A DNA stretch of 34,224 bases from positions 1 through 34,224 of the forward strand of contig CAZGWN010000036.1 in assembly GCA_964528755.1 (NCBI GenBank), read 5' to 3'. Within the stretch, counting starts at the first letter, position 1. Every line of letters starts with the position of its first letter. Both the position numbers and the translations under genes were made by a program. Below are positions 8,914-17,896 of the stretch, in pieces. This stretch comes from an uncultured Propionibacteriaceae bacterium (lineage in GTDB: Bacteria; Actinomycetota; Actinomycetes; Propionibacteriales; Propionibacteriaceae). Below the pieces are notes generated by a model, which worked only from the letters and a program-made list of their open reading frames with translations, was not told the DNA's origin and did no database searches.

Positions 8914-9753
8914 TCAATCACGCCGCCCCTCGTACGCCTTGCGGGCCGGACAGACATCGGCCTGTGGGCAGCGGGACACCTCGCCGGTCGCATCCATCCG
9001 GACCACCACCGACTCCGACGGGACCGACAGACCCACCACCTTGCCGTCGCCGTCGGGCGTCCGCACCCGGGAGCCGACCTTCGGGGCGGACCTGAGGAAC
9101 TCCTGGTAGAGCGGATGCTCGTACTTCAGGCAGCACATCAGCCGCCCGCAGGCGCCCTGGATCCGCATCGGGTTGGCCGGCAGGTCCTGATCCTTGGCCA
9201 GCCGAACGGCGATCGGCTCGAACCGGGTCAGGTGGGTCGCGCAGCACAGTTCGCGGCCGCACTGCCCGATCCCCCCGGTGATCCGGGTGGCGTCCCGGTC
9301 GCCGATCTGACGCAGGTCGATCCGCGCCTGCAAGGTCTTGGCCAGGTCGCGTACGAGTTGACGGAAGTCGACGCGGTGCGGCGCGGTGAAGTAGACGACC
9401 ACGAGCCGGTCGTAGTCGTCGGACCGGTCCAGATAGTCGATGCCGATCACCTTCATCGGCAGCTCGTGGCGCCGGATGAGTCGGTGGGCGACAATCCGTG
9501 CCTCCGCCCGGAAGCGCCGGTTGGCGCGGTCCCGGGCCAGATCCTTCTCGGTGGCCGGGCCCAGACACGCCGGCAAGGACCCCCAGTCCGCACGCGGCGA
9601 CCGCTCCGGGGCCCACACGCACTGGGCGACCTCGGGGCCCTCGTCGGTGGCGACCATCACCCAGTCGCCGACCGCCACCCGGTGTCCGGCCGGATCCACA
9701 TAGTGGAGCTGGCCGTACCGCTCGAAGGTGACCGCCATGACCTGTTGCACCAT
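8914..9753 (-). CDS. PSP1 C-terminal domain protein (YaaT/RicT-like)
   Basis: 'MVQQVMAVTFERYGQLHYVD...' with PSP1 cysteine motifs ('CGRELCCATHL', 'CGRLMCCLKYE'). Lies downstream of holB as in the Bacillus tmk-holB-yaaT arrangement. The annotated 325 aa ORF is an upstream extension. Confidence 0.75.
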   Translation of the reverse strand: MVQQVMAVTFERYGQLHYVDPAGHRVAVGDWVMVATDEGPEVAQCVWAPERSPRADWGSLPACLGPATEKDLARDRANRRFRAEARIVAHRLIRRHELPMKVIGIDYLDRSDDYDRLVVVYFTAPHRVDFRQLVRDLAKTLQARIDLRQIGDRDATRITGGIGQCGRELCCATHLTRFEPIAVRLAKDQDLPANPMRIQGACGRLMCCLKYEHPLYQEFLRSAPKVGSRVRTPDGDGKVVGLSVPSESVVVRMDATGEVSRCPQADVCPARKAYEGRRD

Positions 9754-9823
9754 CCCAGGGTAGAGGACCCGGCCCCCAGGACCAGCGTGGAGAAGAGTCG
9801 CGGGGTGGGGCCCGGCGACGCCC

Positions 9824-11248
9824 TCAGATCTGCTGAAGGTCCCACTTCGCGCGGCGGCGCTGCAGCCGGCTCTTGCGAACGGCCGCGTCAATACCCCACG
9901 ATCCCCCGCCGATCAGCAACAGGAGCAGGCCGACGCCGGCGAGCAGCAGCTCCAGTTCACCGTGGAAGCCGGCCACTCCCGACTCGAACGGCGACCTCCA
10001 CCAGTAGACGAAGGTCAACGCGCCCGCAGCGATGGCCACGGTCCCGACGCCGGCCACCCGTACGAGCAGCCCGAAGACCAGCGCCACCGCGATGAGGACG
10101 GAGGCGCAGGCCGTGACCCATGCGGCAATCTCCGGGTAGGGCAGCGCCGTGGCCGAGAAGGTCTGGATGGTCGTCGGCATGTCGAGCAGTTGCTGTGCAC
10201 CGCGGATCCCCATGATGGCAGCCACCACCAGACGCAGGGCGAACAGACCGAAGGCACCCGCCGGCCGGTCCGTGGTCCGATCGAGCCTGGTGGAGGGCGG
10301 CTGGGGAGCCACCTCGGGTTCGGGCGCGGGGCGGCGCCGGCCCAGCGCCCGGTCGCGGGCCTCACGTTCGGCGAGCCAGGCGGCCCGGCGTTCCAACTCG
10401 GCCGCATCGGCCGCCGAATCGGCGTCGCTCACCCCGGCCGCCGATGGGGCGAACGGCGCGGCGCGGCGCGGGGCCGCGGCCGGGATCACCTCGGTCGGCT
10501 GGGCGTCGGTCGTGGGAAGTACGCCGGTGGGCTGGGCATCCTCCTCACTGGTGACGACCCGGCGCGGGGACAGCGGGACCGTCGGTGCGGGCTCCACCGG
10601 TGCCGGCTCCGCTGGGGCGGGCTCCGCCGCGGCGGCCGGCTCGGGTGGAGCCTCCTCGGCAGCCTCCTCAGCGGACTCCTCGGCGGCTTCGTGCGAGTCC
10701 GGCGCCGAGGCAGGGGAGTCCGCCCCGCCGTCCCCCGCCGTCGGGGTGACCGCCGTCGGATGGGCCGTTCTCAGCAGAGGCTCGGGGGGCGTCGCCGGGA
10801 CTGCCCCGGGGCCTTCACGTGGCGGCTCCGTCACCGCCCCGCCCGGCTCGACATCGGCTTCGTTCGGCTCCGCGGCGGCCCAATCGGCCGCGGTCCGGGG
10901 GGTGGGCTCGGGAACACCCGGCCCCGCCGGGCTCTGCGGCCCGTCGTCGACCTCATCGGCACCACGGTCCTCCGATGCCGGCGCCGCCGTCGGAGTCCGC
11001 TGGCTCGCCGCATCCTCCGCAGGGGCATCGGCGCCGGGGCTGCTCGGGGTCGACCCCGCCCGGGAGGTGGCGCCGAACGCGGCGGGTGCCGACGGCGTCC
11101 GTTCGGATCGCGGCGCGCCGACCGAGCGCACCTCCTCACGGTCGATGCGGATGATCGTCGGTTCGTTCTCGTCCTGGACGCCGAACTCCTCGAGGGGGTC
11201 GGTCGCCGGGGACGGCGAACCATCGTCGTCATTGTCACGAGAGGTCAC
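9824..11248 (-). CDS. Membrane protein with a long Pro/Ala/Glu-rich disordered N-terminal region and a C-terminal 4-TM DoxX-like domain
   Basis: The C-terminal ~150 aa have four hydrophobic helices ('LVVAAIMGIRGAQ...', 'IAAWVTACASVLIAVALVFGLLV', 'VGTVAIAAGALTFVYWW', 'LLLAGVGLLLLLIGG'). Candidate GTG start at 11248 with AGGAC upstream, but the start is uncertain because of the low-complexity region. In frame within a larger 780 aa ORF whose upstream part overlaps holB. Confidence 0.5.
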   Translation of the reverse strand: MTSRDNDDDGSPSPATDPLEEFGVQDENEPTIIRIDREEVRSVGAPRSERTPSAPAAFGATSRAGSTPSSPGADAPAEDAASQRTPTAAPASEDRGADEVDDGPQSPAGPGVPEPTPRTAADWAAAEPNEADVEPGGAVTEPPREGPGAVPATPPEPLLRTAHPTAVTPTAGDGGADSPASAPDSHEAAEESAEEAAEEAPPEPAAAAEPAPAEPAPVEPAPTVPLSPRRVVTSEEDAQPTGVLPTTDAQPTEVIPAAAPRRAAPFAPSAAGVSDADSAADAAELERRAAWLAEREARDRALGRRRPAPEPEVAPQPPSTRLDRTTDRPAGAFGLFALRLVVAAIMGIRGAQQLLDMPTTIQTFSATALPYPEIAAWVTACASVLIAVALVFGLLVRVAGVGTVAIAAGALTFVYWWRSPFESGVAGFHGELELLLAGVGLLLLLIGGGSWGIDAAVRKSRLQRRRAKWDLQQI

Positions 11249-11337
11249 GGCTGAGGTCCTAACAGTCGGCGGGTACCACGCCCATTGTCCCCACCCGAAC
11301 GGCTCCGACGGCACAGGGCGGCGGGGAGTGTCGCGGC

Positions 11338-12531
11338 TCAGGCAACGGTCCCCTGCCGTCCGAGGATGACCATCATCGCCTCCACCGCCAGCAATGGCGC
11401 CACATTGCCGGCGAGTGCCTCCCGGCAGGCGAGGATGGCGTCGATCCGTGCGATGGTTCGATCCGGGGTGGTACGCGCCGCGTCGACCCCGATCCCGTCG
11501 GCCAGCGCGATGTTGACCAGCTCCGCCCCGGAGTGCAGTTGCACGCTCAGCACGTCCCGATACCACGTCGTCAGCTCGGTCAGGGCCCGGTCGATCGCGT
11601 CGCGTTCCAGTCGCTTGACCCGCAGCTTCTGCTCGGCGGCAAGATCCTTCAGCGCCGCCTCGGTGTGCCGGGGCCGCGCGCCGCGGGTGCCCATGCCGAG
11701 CGCCTGCTCCAGCTCCGCCCGCTCGCGGACCTCGATGTCGGCGGTCTGTTCGGCCGCCTCCTCCTGCGCCGAGGCCATCACCACCGAGGCCGCCCGCAGG
11801 CAGTCGGCCACCGTCGCGAGCCGCATCGGGATCCTCAGCACGTCGTCGCGTCGGGCGCGGGCCTTCTCGTCGCGGGCCAGGTGGCGCGCCCGCCCGATGT
11901 GTCCCTGGGCGGCTCGTGCCGCCTGCTCGGCCGTCTGCGGATCGATGCCGTCCCGGCGTACGAGCAGCGCGGCCACCTCGCTCACCGCGGGAGTGGTCAG
12001 GGTCAGGGAACGTGCCCGGGAGCGGATCGTCACGATGACGTCGTCGGGGGTCGGCGCGCACAGCAGCCACACGGTGGCCGGCGCCGGCTCCTCGATGCTC
12101 TTCAGCAGGGCGTTCGCACCGGCCTCGGTGATCCGGTCGGCATCCTCCACGACGACGATCTGCCATCGGCCGACGGTGGGCGACATCATCGAGCGGCGGG
12201 CGAGGTCACGGACCTCCTTGACCCCGATCGACAACTGCTCCGTGCTGACCAGGGTCACGTCGGGATGGCTGCCGCCGAGGACCATACGGCACGAACGGCA
12301 CCGACCGCAGCCACCCTGGTCGCACTGCAGGGCCGCGGCGAAGGCGCGAGCGGCGTTCGAACGGCCCGATCCGGGTGGGCCGGTGATCAGCCAGGCATGG
12401 GACATGGCGTGGGTGTCGCCGCGGACGGCGCGCTGCAGCACGGCGACGGCGGCGGACTGGCCGACCAGGTCGGACCACACCCCGGTCAGCGGCGAGGCCT
12501 CGGCGGTGGGATCAACCACGGGTGTGCTCAC
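11338..12531 (-). CDS. holB: DNA polymerase III subunit delta'
   Basis: 397 aa AAA+ clamp-loader. Walker A 'GPPGSGRS' and zinc module 'CDQGGCGRCRSCRMV'. GTG start overlaps the tmk stop (GTGA). Confidence 0.88.
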   Translation of the reverse strand: MSTPVVDPTAEASPLTGVWSDLVGQSAAVAVLQRAVRGDTHAMSHAWLITGPPGSGRSNAARAFAAALQCDQGGCGRCRSCRMVLGGSHPDVTLVSTEQLSIGVKEVRDLARRSMMSPTVGRWQIVVVEDADRITEAGANALLKSIEEPAPATVWLLCAPTPDDVIVTIRSRARSLTLTTPAVSEVAALLVRRDGIDPQTAEQAARAAQGHIGRARHLARDEKARARRDDVLRIPMRLATVADCLRAASVVMASAQEEAAEQTADIEVRERAELEQALGMGTRGARPRHTEAALKDLAAEQKLRVKRLERDAIDRALTELTTWYRDVLSVQLHSGAELVNIALADGIGVDAARTTPDRTIARIDAILACREALAGNVAPLLAVEAMMVILGRQGTVA

Positions 12532-13181
12532 CGCTCCAGTGTGCCCTCCCCGGCTGACACCTTCGGCAGCCGCTCCTCGATCGCCGCCACAATCCGACGC
12601 CGCAGTTCGTCGCGGTCTCCGCGAGCGTACAGCACCATGTATTGCTCCGGGGCGGTCGCGGCCAGGGCCCGGAAACCCGCCCGCACCCGGCGGTGGAACT
12701 CCTCGCCGGAGTCCTCCAGCCGGTCCGGGCTCTCCAATCCGGCCATCGCCACGGTCGGGTCGAGGTCGAGCAGGACGGTCAGGTCCGGCTCCAGCCCGCC
12801 CGTCGCCCAGTGTGCCAGCCGCGCGACGTCCTCGGCGGCCAGCACCCGCCCGGCCCCCTGATAGGCGATCAGCGAGTCGACGTAGCGGTCGCAGACGACG
12901 ATCGCGCCGCGATCCAGCGCCGGTCGGATCACCTCGGCGACGTGCTGGGCCTTGTCGGCGGCGTAGAGCAGGGCCTCGGCACGCGGATCGAGATCCCCGG
13001 TGGACGGGGACAGCAGCAGGTCGCGGATCACCGTCCCGGCACGCGTGGCGCCGGGTTCACGGGTGCGGACGACATCGTGGCCGCGGGCGGCCAGTTCGGC
13101 GGCGACCAGGGTGACCTGGGTGGTCTTGCCGACCCCGTCGCCGCCCTCGAAGACAACGAACAGCCCGCGTCGCTCAGACAT
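12528..13181 (-). CDS. tmk: Thymidylate kinase
   Basis: P-loop 'FVVFEGGDGVGKTTQ' and a DRY-like 'CDRYVDS' motif. ATG at 13181 with a GAGGACGG RBS. The longer ORF to 13211 is possible. Confidence 0.88.
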   Translation of the reverse strand: MSERRGLFVVFEGGDGVGKTTQVTLVAAELAARGHDVVRTREPGATRAGTVIRDLLLSPSTGDLDPRAEALLYAADKAQHVAEVIRPALDRGAIVVCDRYVDSLIAYQGAGRVLAAEDVARLAHWATGGLEPDLTVLLDLDPTVAMAGLESPDRLEDSGEEFHRRVRAGFRALAATAPEQYMVLYARGDRDELRRRIVAAIEERLPKVSAGEGTLER

Positions 13182-14685
13182 GACCGTCCTCGTCAGCGGC
13201 CCGGTGGGCACCCGCCTCCGCGATCGGTTCGGTCAGCGCGATCCCCACCCCGAGGCGCTCCAACAGGTCGGTGCCGGCGGCGCGCAGCTTGCGGGCATCC
13301 TTCGCCCAGTGGTCGACGTACTCGGCGCGGGCATCCGCCCGATTGTCGGCGAGCGCGGCATAGCGCCGGCCGATCCCGAATGCCTCCTCGGCGCTGGTTC
13401 CGGCCAGCGAGGCGCGCAGCTCGACCAATTCGTCGTTGTCGCAGGCGGTCAGCCCGTCGAGGAGGTCGTTGGCCCGCGACCGCAGCCGCTTCGCCTGCTT
13501 GGGGGCCAGCAGGACCGCGATCTCGGCGACGGCCCGCAACCGCTCGGCGGCCCGGGCGGCCTCGCGCCAGCCGGAGTCGTCGGCGGAGTGCGGCGCCGCC
13601 CGGCCGACCCGCAGCATCTCCTCGGTGGCAACCACCACCATGCCCGCGATCTCCTCGCGAGCCGCGCCGTGGCCGAGCCCCTCGGCGGTCGGCGGGCGGC
13701 GCAACTGCGCGACCCGGTCGAAGATGCCCAGATAGCGGTCGCCGGTGAGGATGACCTGCTGGTCGTCGCCGAAGGTGCCGTCGAGTTCGTCGGCGGCCCA
13801 GCGCACCTCGGCCAGCAGGTCGTCCAACGTCTCGGGTGCCAGCACCGGGGCGACCACCGGCAGGTCGTTGGCGAAGGAACGCAACGCCCGTACCAACGGT
13901 TGCACCTTGCGGGTCCGCCCCGAGCGGATGTTGAGATCGGCTTTCAGCACGTCGCGGGCCTGCTCGGCGATGAACCGGCCGACGATGTCGACCATCGTCG
14001 CGTCGGCGGGCGCCGGCTCGACCGGCCCCACCCCGAACGTGTCGACCCCTCCGGCCCGGTCCGGATCGGCGAGGATCCTCAGCCGCGCCGGCAGCGGCAC
14101 CTGCCTGTCGACCTGGACCCCGTCGACACCGCGGATGACGTCGTCGGCCCAGGCGATCTGCTCCCGGGTCATCGTCCCGGTGTCGATCGTCACCTCCCGG
14201 TACTGGGTCAGCACCTGCCCGTCGCGGCGGATGGTCACGTGGTCGTCGATGACTGTGCCGAGCGACTCGCGGTCGAGGTTGCGTACGAGGTAGGTGCTGC
14301 GGACCCGATGCCGGGTCCCGGCCGGTGCCAGGGGGGCATGCCGCAGCAGCGGGGAGAGCAGGGCCAGCATCGCATCGGGCACCTCCCCCGAGGTCATCGC
14401 CTCGACGTACTCGGCCGGCAGTTGGGGCCGCCATCCGGGCGCCGCGAGCAGCCACTCGCCCTCCCCGTCCATGGCCCGGTGCGCCAGGACGATGCCGGCC
14501 CGCAGCAGACGTCTGTCGGGGGTGTCGAGGATGGTGAGGTCGCACACGGCGGGCCTGGGGCTCACGGCCGCGGGGTTGGCCAGCCCGAGGTCGGGGTTGG
14601 CAAATCTCGGCGCGGCGGCCAGGTCACGCATCTCGTAGCGGCGCACAGCATTCCCTTCGGACGTACCCACAAGTGGATCGTCCAT
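13174..14685 (-). CDS. CYTH and CHAD domain-containing protein (triphosphate tunnel metalloenzyme-like)
   Basis: N-terminal CYTH-like 'DLTILDTPDRRLLRAGIVLAHR' motif followed by a long Ala/Arg/Glu-rich helical region typical of CHAD. ATG at 14685 (GGTGGGA upstream), or possibly 14724. Confidence 0.5.
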   Translation of the reverse strand: MDDPLVGTSEGNAVRRYEMRDLAAAPRFANPDLGLANPAAVSPRPAVCDLTILDTPDRRLLRAGIVLAHRAMDGEGEWLLAAPGWRPQLPAEYVEAMTSGEVPDAMLALLSPLLRHAPLAPAGTRHRVRSTYLVRNLDRESLGTVIDDHVTIRRDGQVLTQYREVTIDTGTMTREQIAWADDVIRGVDGVQVDRQVPLPARLRILADPDRAGGVDTFGVGPVEPAPADATMVDIVGRFIAEQARDVLKADLNIRSGRTRKVQPLVRALRSFANDLPVVAPVLAPETLDDLLAEVRWAADELDGTFGDDQQVILTGDRYLGIFDRVAQLRRPPTAEGLGHGAAREEIAGMVVVATEEMLRVGRAAPHSADDSGWREAARAAERLRAVAEIAVLLAPKQAKRLRSRANDLLDGLTACDNDELVELRASLAGTSAEEAFGIGRRYAALADNRADARAEYVDHWAKDARKLRAAGTDLLERLGVGIALTEPIAEAGAHRAADEDGHV

Positions 14686-14728
14686 TATCCCACCGCCGCC
14701 GCCCGTACGCCCGGGATCCGTCAACGAC

Positions 14729-17611
14729 TCAGTCGCCCGGCGTGTCGCCCCCGGCGGCCGGATCCGCCGTCGTCTTCTTCGTGGTCGTCTTCTTCGCCGT
14801 GGTCTTCTTGGCGGCCGTCTTCTTCGCCGTGGTCTTCTTGGCGGCCGTCTTCTTCGCGGTGGTCTTCTTGGCGGTCGTCTTCTTCGCGGTGGTCTTCTTC
14901 GCGGTCGTCTTCTTGGCGGGCCGCCGGGTCGACGGCCCCTTGGCCCGCTTCTCGGCGAGCAGTTCGGCGGCCCGCTCCGCGGTCAGGGTCTCGATCGCGT
15001 CGGTCCGCCGCAGGGTCGCGTTGGTCTCCCCGTCGGTGACGTAGGGCCCGAACCGGCCGTCCTTGACCACCATCGGCTTGCCGGTCGCCGGGTCGGCACC
15101 GAGTTCCTTCAGCGGGGGCCTGGCCGCGGCCCGTCCGCGCTGCTTCGGCTGGGCGTACAGGGCCTCGGCCTCCTCCAGCGTGACGGTGAAGATCTGGTCC
15201 TCGCTCGCCAACGACCGTGAATCGGAGCCCTTCTTCAGATACGCCCCGTAGCGACCGTTCTGCGCGGTGATCGTCTCCCCGTCGGCGGCGGTGCCGACCA
15301 CCCGCGGCAGGCTGAGCAGCCGCTGGGCGTCCTCCAGCCCGACGGTGTGCAGGTCCATCGACGCGAACAGCGATGCGGTTCGCGGCTTGGCGCCCTTGGG
15401 CGCGTCCTCGGGCAGGACCTCGGTGACGTACGGGCCGAATCGACCGGCCCGCGCGACGATCGGGTGCCCGGAGGCCGGGTCGAGCCCGAGCGCCCGCTCC
15501 TCCCCCATCGGCCGCGCGAGCAGTTCGCGGGCCTTGTCGACGGTGAGTTCGTCGGGGGGCAGGTCGTCGTCGACGTTGGCGCGCTTCTCGGTCGCGACCT
15601 CCTCCACGTACGTCCCGTAGCGGCCGACCCGCACCACGATGCCCGAATCCAGGTCGCCGATCGGGAAGGTCGACAGGGCGCGGGCGTCGATGTCGCCGAG
15701 CTGGTTGACCAGGTCGTGCAGACCGGCATGGTCGAGGTGCCCGGTCGCCGCGCCGGGGTCGCCGGCGTCACCACCCCAGTAGAACTCGTTGAGCACCTGC
15801 AGCCGCTTGGCCTGACCCGTGGCGATCTGGTCCAGGTCCTCCTCCATCGCGGCGGTGAAGGTGTAGTCGACCAGCTTGGAGAAGTGCTCCTCCAGCAGCC
15901 GCGTCACCGCGAACGCCAGCCAGGTCGGCACCAGCGCCTGCCCCCGCTTGAACACGTAGTCGCGGGTGGTGATGGTCCGGATGATCGAGGCGTACGTGGA
16001 CGGTCGCCCGATCTCCAGCTCCTCCAGCTTGGCGACCAGCGACGGCTCGGTGTAGCGGGCCGGCGGCTTGGTGGAGTGGCCCTGCGCCGCCAACTCGGCG
16101 ATCGCCACCTCGACCCCCTGCACCAGCCGCGGCAGCCTGCGCTGCGAGTCGTCGGCGGCCCCCTCGTCGACCGATTCGACGTACGCCCGCAGGAACCCGG
16201 GGAAGGTGATCGTCCGGCCGCGGGCGGTGAAGCCGGCGACCGTCCCGGAGGCGCCGGTCGCCTCCAGCGTGATGGTGGCCGACTCCCCGCGCGCGTCGGT
16301 CATCTGGGAGGCGACGGTCCGCATCCAGATCAGTTCGTAGAGCCGGCGCCGATCCCCGCTGAGCCCGGTCGCGTCCGGCGCGCGGAAAGTGGACCCGGCG
16401 GGCCGGATCGCCTCGTGCGCCTCCTGTGCGTTCTTCACCTTCGACCGATAGACCCTGGGCTGGTCGGGGACGTAGTCGGGCCCGTAGAGGCTGCGCGCCT
16501 GCGTCCGGGCGGCCCGGATCGCCTCCCCGGACAGCTCCACGGAGTCGGTCCGCATGTAGGTGATGAAGCCGCCCTCGTACAGCTCCTGGGCGACCGACAT
16601 CGTCCGCTGGGCGGTGAAGCCGAGCTTCCGTCCGGCCTCCTGCTGCAAGGTGGTGGTCCGGAAGGGCGCGTACGGGTGGCGGGTGTACGGCTTGGCCTCC
16701 ACCTCGACGACCCGGGCGCTGACACCCTCCAGGTCGGCGACGAGGGTCTCGGCCCGGGCCTGGTCGACGTGGGCGAGTTGCTCGTCGGTGCGCAGTCGGC
16801 CGCCGGAGTCGAAGTCGCGGCCCTGGGCGACGCGCAGCCCGTCGAGGCGGGTCAGCCGGGCGGTGAAATGCGGCGGCTCGGCGTCGGGGCCGGCATCCAT
16901 GGCGGCCTCGAGGTCCCAGTAGCCGGCCGGGACGAAGGCGATCCGTTCCCGCTCGCGGTCGACCACCAGCCGGGTGGCCACGGACTGGACGCGGCCGGCG
17001 GACAGCCGCGGCATGACCTTCTTCCACAGCACCGGCGAGACCTCGTAGCCGTAGAGCCGGTCGAGAATGCGGCGGGTCTCCTGGGCGTCGACGAGGTCGG
17101 TGTCGATCTGTCGGGGGTGGGTGACGGCGTCGCGGATGGCGTCCTCGGTGATCTCGTGGAAGACCATCCGACGGACCGGGACCTTGGGCTTGAGTTCCTG
17201 CTGCAGGTGCCAGGCGATCGCCTCGCCCTCGCGGTCACCGTCGGTGGCGAGGTAGAGCGCACTGGCACCCTTGAGGGCCTCCTTGAGGTTGCGCAGGGTG
17301 GCGCGCTTGTCGGGGGCGACGACGTACAAGGGGGCGAAATCGTGGTCGATGTCGACACCGGTGCGCGCCCAGGACTCTCCCTTGTACTTCGCGGGCACCT
17401 CCGCGGCGCCGGTGGGCAGGTCACGGATGTGGCCGCGGCTGGACTCCACCACATATCCCGGGCCGAGGTAGTCCTGGATCTTCGTCGCCTTCGTCGGTGA
17501 CTCGACGATCACCAGGTTGTGCCCGGGGGCAGAGGCGACCCCTCCGCCTGCCGTCTTGCCCGACCGCCCACCGGATCGGGCCGAGGTGCTCCCCGCGTCC
17601 TTGCTCGCCAC
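14729..17611 (-). CDS. topA: DNA topoisomerase I with a Lys-rich C-terminal tail
   Basis: 960 aa. Toprim 'LVIVESPTKATKIQ', catalytic-Tyr region 'GFITYMRTDS', and the actinobacterial C-terminal '(KKTTA)n' basic repeats. GTG start with a GAGAGAAGGA RBS. Confidence 0.95.
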   Translation of the reverse strand: MASKDAGSTSARSGGRSGKTAGGGVASAPGHNLVIVESPTKATKIQDYLGPGYVVESSRGHIRDLPTGAAEVPAKYKGESWARTGVDIDHDFAPLYVVAPDKRATLRNLKEALKGASALYLATDGDREGEAIAWHLQQELKPKVPVRRMVFHEITEDAIRDAVTHPRQIDTDLVDAQETRRILDRLYGYEVSPVLWKKVMPRLSAGRVQSVATRLVVDRERERIAFVPAGYWDLEAAMDAGPDAEPPHFTARLTRLDGLRVAQGRDFDSGGRLRTDEQLAHVDQARAETLVADLEGVSARVVEVEAKPYTRHPYAPFRTTTLQQEAGRKLGFTAQRTMSVAQELYEGGFITYMRTDSVELSGEAIRAARTQARSLYGPDYVPDQPRVYRSKVKNAQEAHEAIRPAGSTFRAPDATGLSGDRRRLYELIWMRTVASQMTDARGESATITLEATGASGTVAGFTARGRTITFPGFLRAYVESVDEGAADDSQRRLPRLVQGVEVAIAELAAQGHSTKPPARYTEPSLVAKLEELEIGRPSTYASIIRTITTRDYVFKRGQALVPTWLAFAVTRLLEEHFSKLVDYTFTAAMEEDLDQIATGQAKRLQVLNEFYWGGDAGDPGAATGHLDHAGLHDLVNQLGDIDARALSTFPIGDLDSGIVVRVGRYGTYVEEVATEKRANVDDDLPPDELTVDKARELLARPMGEERALGLDPASGHPIVARAGRFGPYVTEVLPEDAPKGAKPRTASLFASMDLHTVGLEDAQRLLSLPRVVGTAADGETITAQNGRYGAYLKKGSDSRSLASEDQIFTVTLEEAEALYAQPKQRGRAAARPPLKELGADPATGKPMVVKDGRFGPYVTDGETNATLRRTDAIETLTAERAAELLAEKRAKGPSTRRPAKKTTAKKTTAKKTTAKKTTAKKTAAKKTTAKKTAAKKTTAKKTTTKKTTADPAAGGDTPGD
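14769..14925. repeat. Tandem 15/30-nt coding repeat (gtcgtcttcttcgcggtggtcttcttggcg...) encoding the topA KKTTAKKTAA tail
   Basis: About 10 near-identical 15-nt units are visible in the sequence. They lie in frame within topA. Confidence 0.85.
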
Positions 17612-17765
17612 GTCCTTCTCTCTCCCTGTCCCCCCGCAGCCGGGCGGATCGGGCCCGGCACCGGAGTCACCCTAGCCCAGAACCGGAACCGGGCAACCGG
17701 TCATCGATCGTACGGCGACCACCGACACCCCGGTTCGGACCCCCGATCGCGCGATCCCGAGTAGC

Positions 17766-17786
17766 CTTGAGCGTAGGCGACTCAAG
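17766..17786. promoter_or_regulatory. HAIR-like inverted repeat (CTTGAGC-N7-ACTCAAG), putative HspR operator upstream of hsp20
   Basis: Matches the HspR-associated inverted repeat consensus CTTGAGT-N7-ACTCAAG at 13/14 positions. Lies ~110 bp upstream of the hsp20 ATG in the topA/hsp20 divergent intergenic region. Confidence 0.55.
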
Positions 17787-17896
17787 TTTCCCCGGTTTCG
17801 GGAATAGTCTCCCGGGCCGGCTCGTTCTACTGCACGAGTGGTCGAGAGAACGGCAGGCTCGGCCACCCGACGCTCCACTGCCGCAGGAGATGCATC

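Noticed and set aside
9824-12166. Full 780 aa minus-strand ORF, and the 430 and 406 aa plus-strand ORFs at 9962..11369
   Set aside because: The 780 aa ORF's upstream third overlaps holB in another frame. Only the portion downstream of the holB stop (from about 11248) is plausible. The plus-strand ORFs are Gly/Arg-rich artefacts of the same low-complexity DNA.
11285-13114. 609 aa plus-strand ORF, and the 442 aa ORF at 11533..12861
   Set aside because: Antisense to holB and tmk, which carry unambiguous Walker and zinc-module motifs.
14760-14930. Possible CRISPR-like array, given the short regular repeats
   Set aside because: The repeats are 15 nt, contiguous without spacers, and in frame within topA, where they encode the known KKTTA tail. 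This is not a CRISPR array.
13000-15039. 679 aa plus-strand ORF and the 450 aa minus-strand alternative frame over the CYTH-CHAD locus
   Set aside because: Overlapping alternative frames. The chosen frame is the only one with a CYTH-like motif and translational coupling to tmk.
15347-17500. 717 aa plus-strand and 419 aa minus-strand ORFs inside topA
   Set aside because: Antisense or out-of-frame relative to topA, which is supported by Toprim and catalytic motifs across 960 aa.
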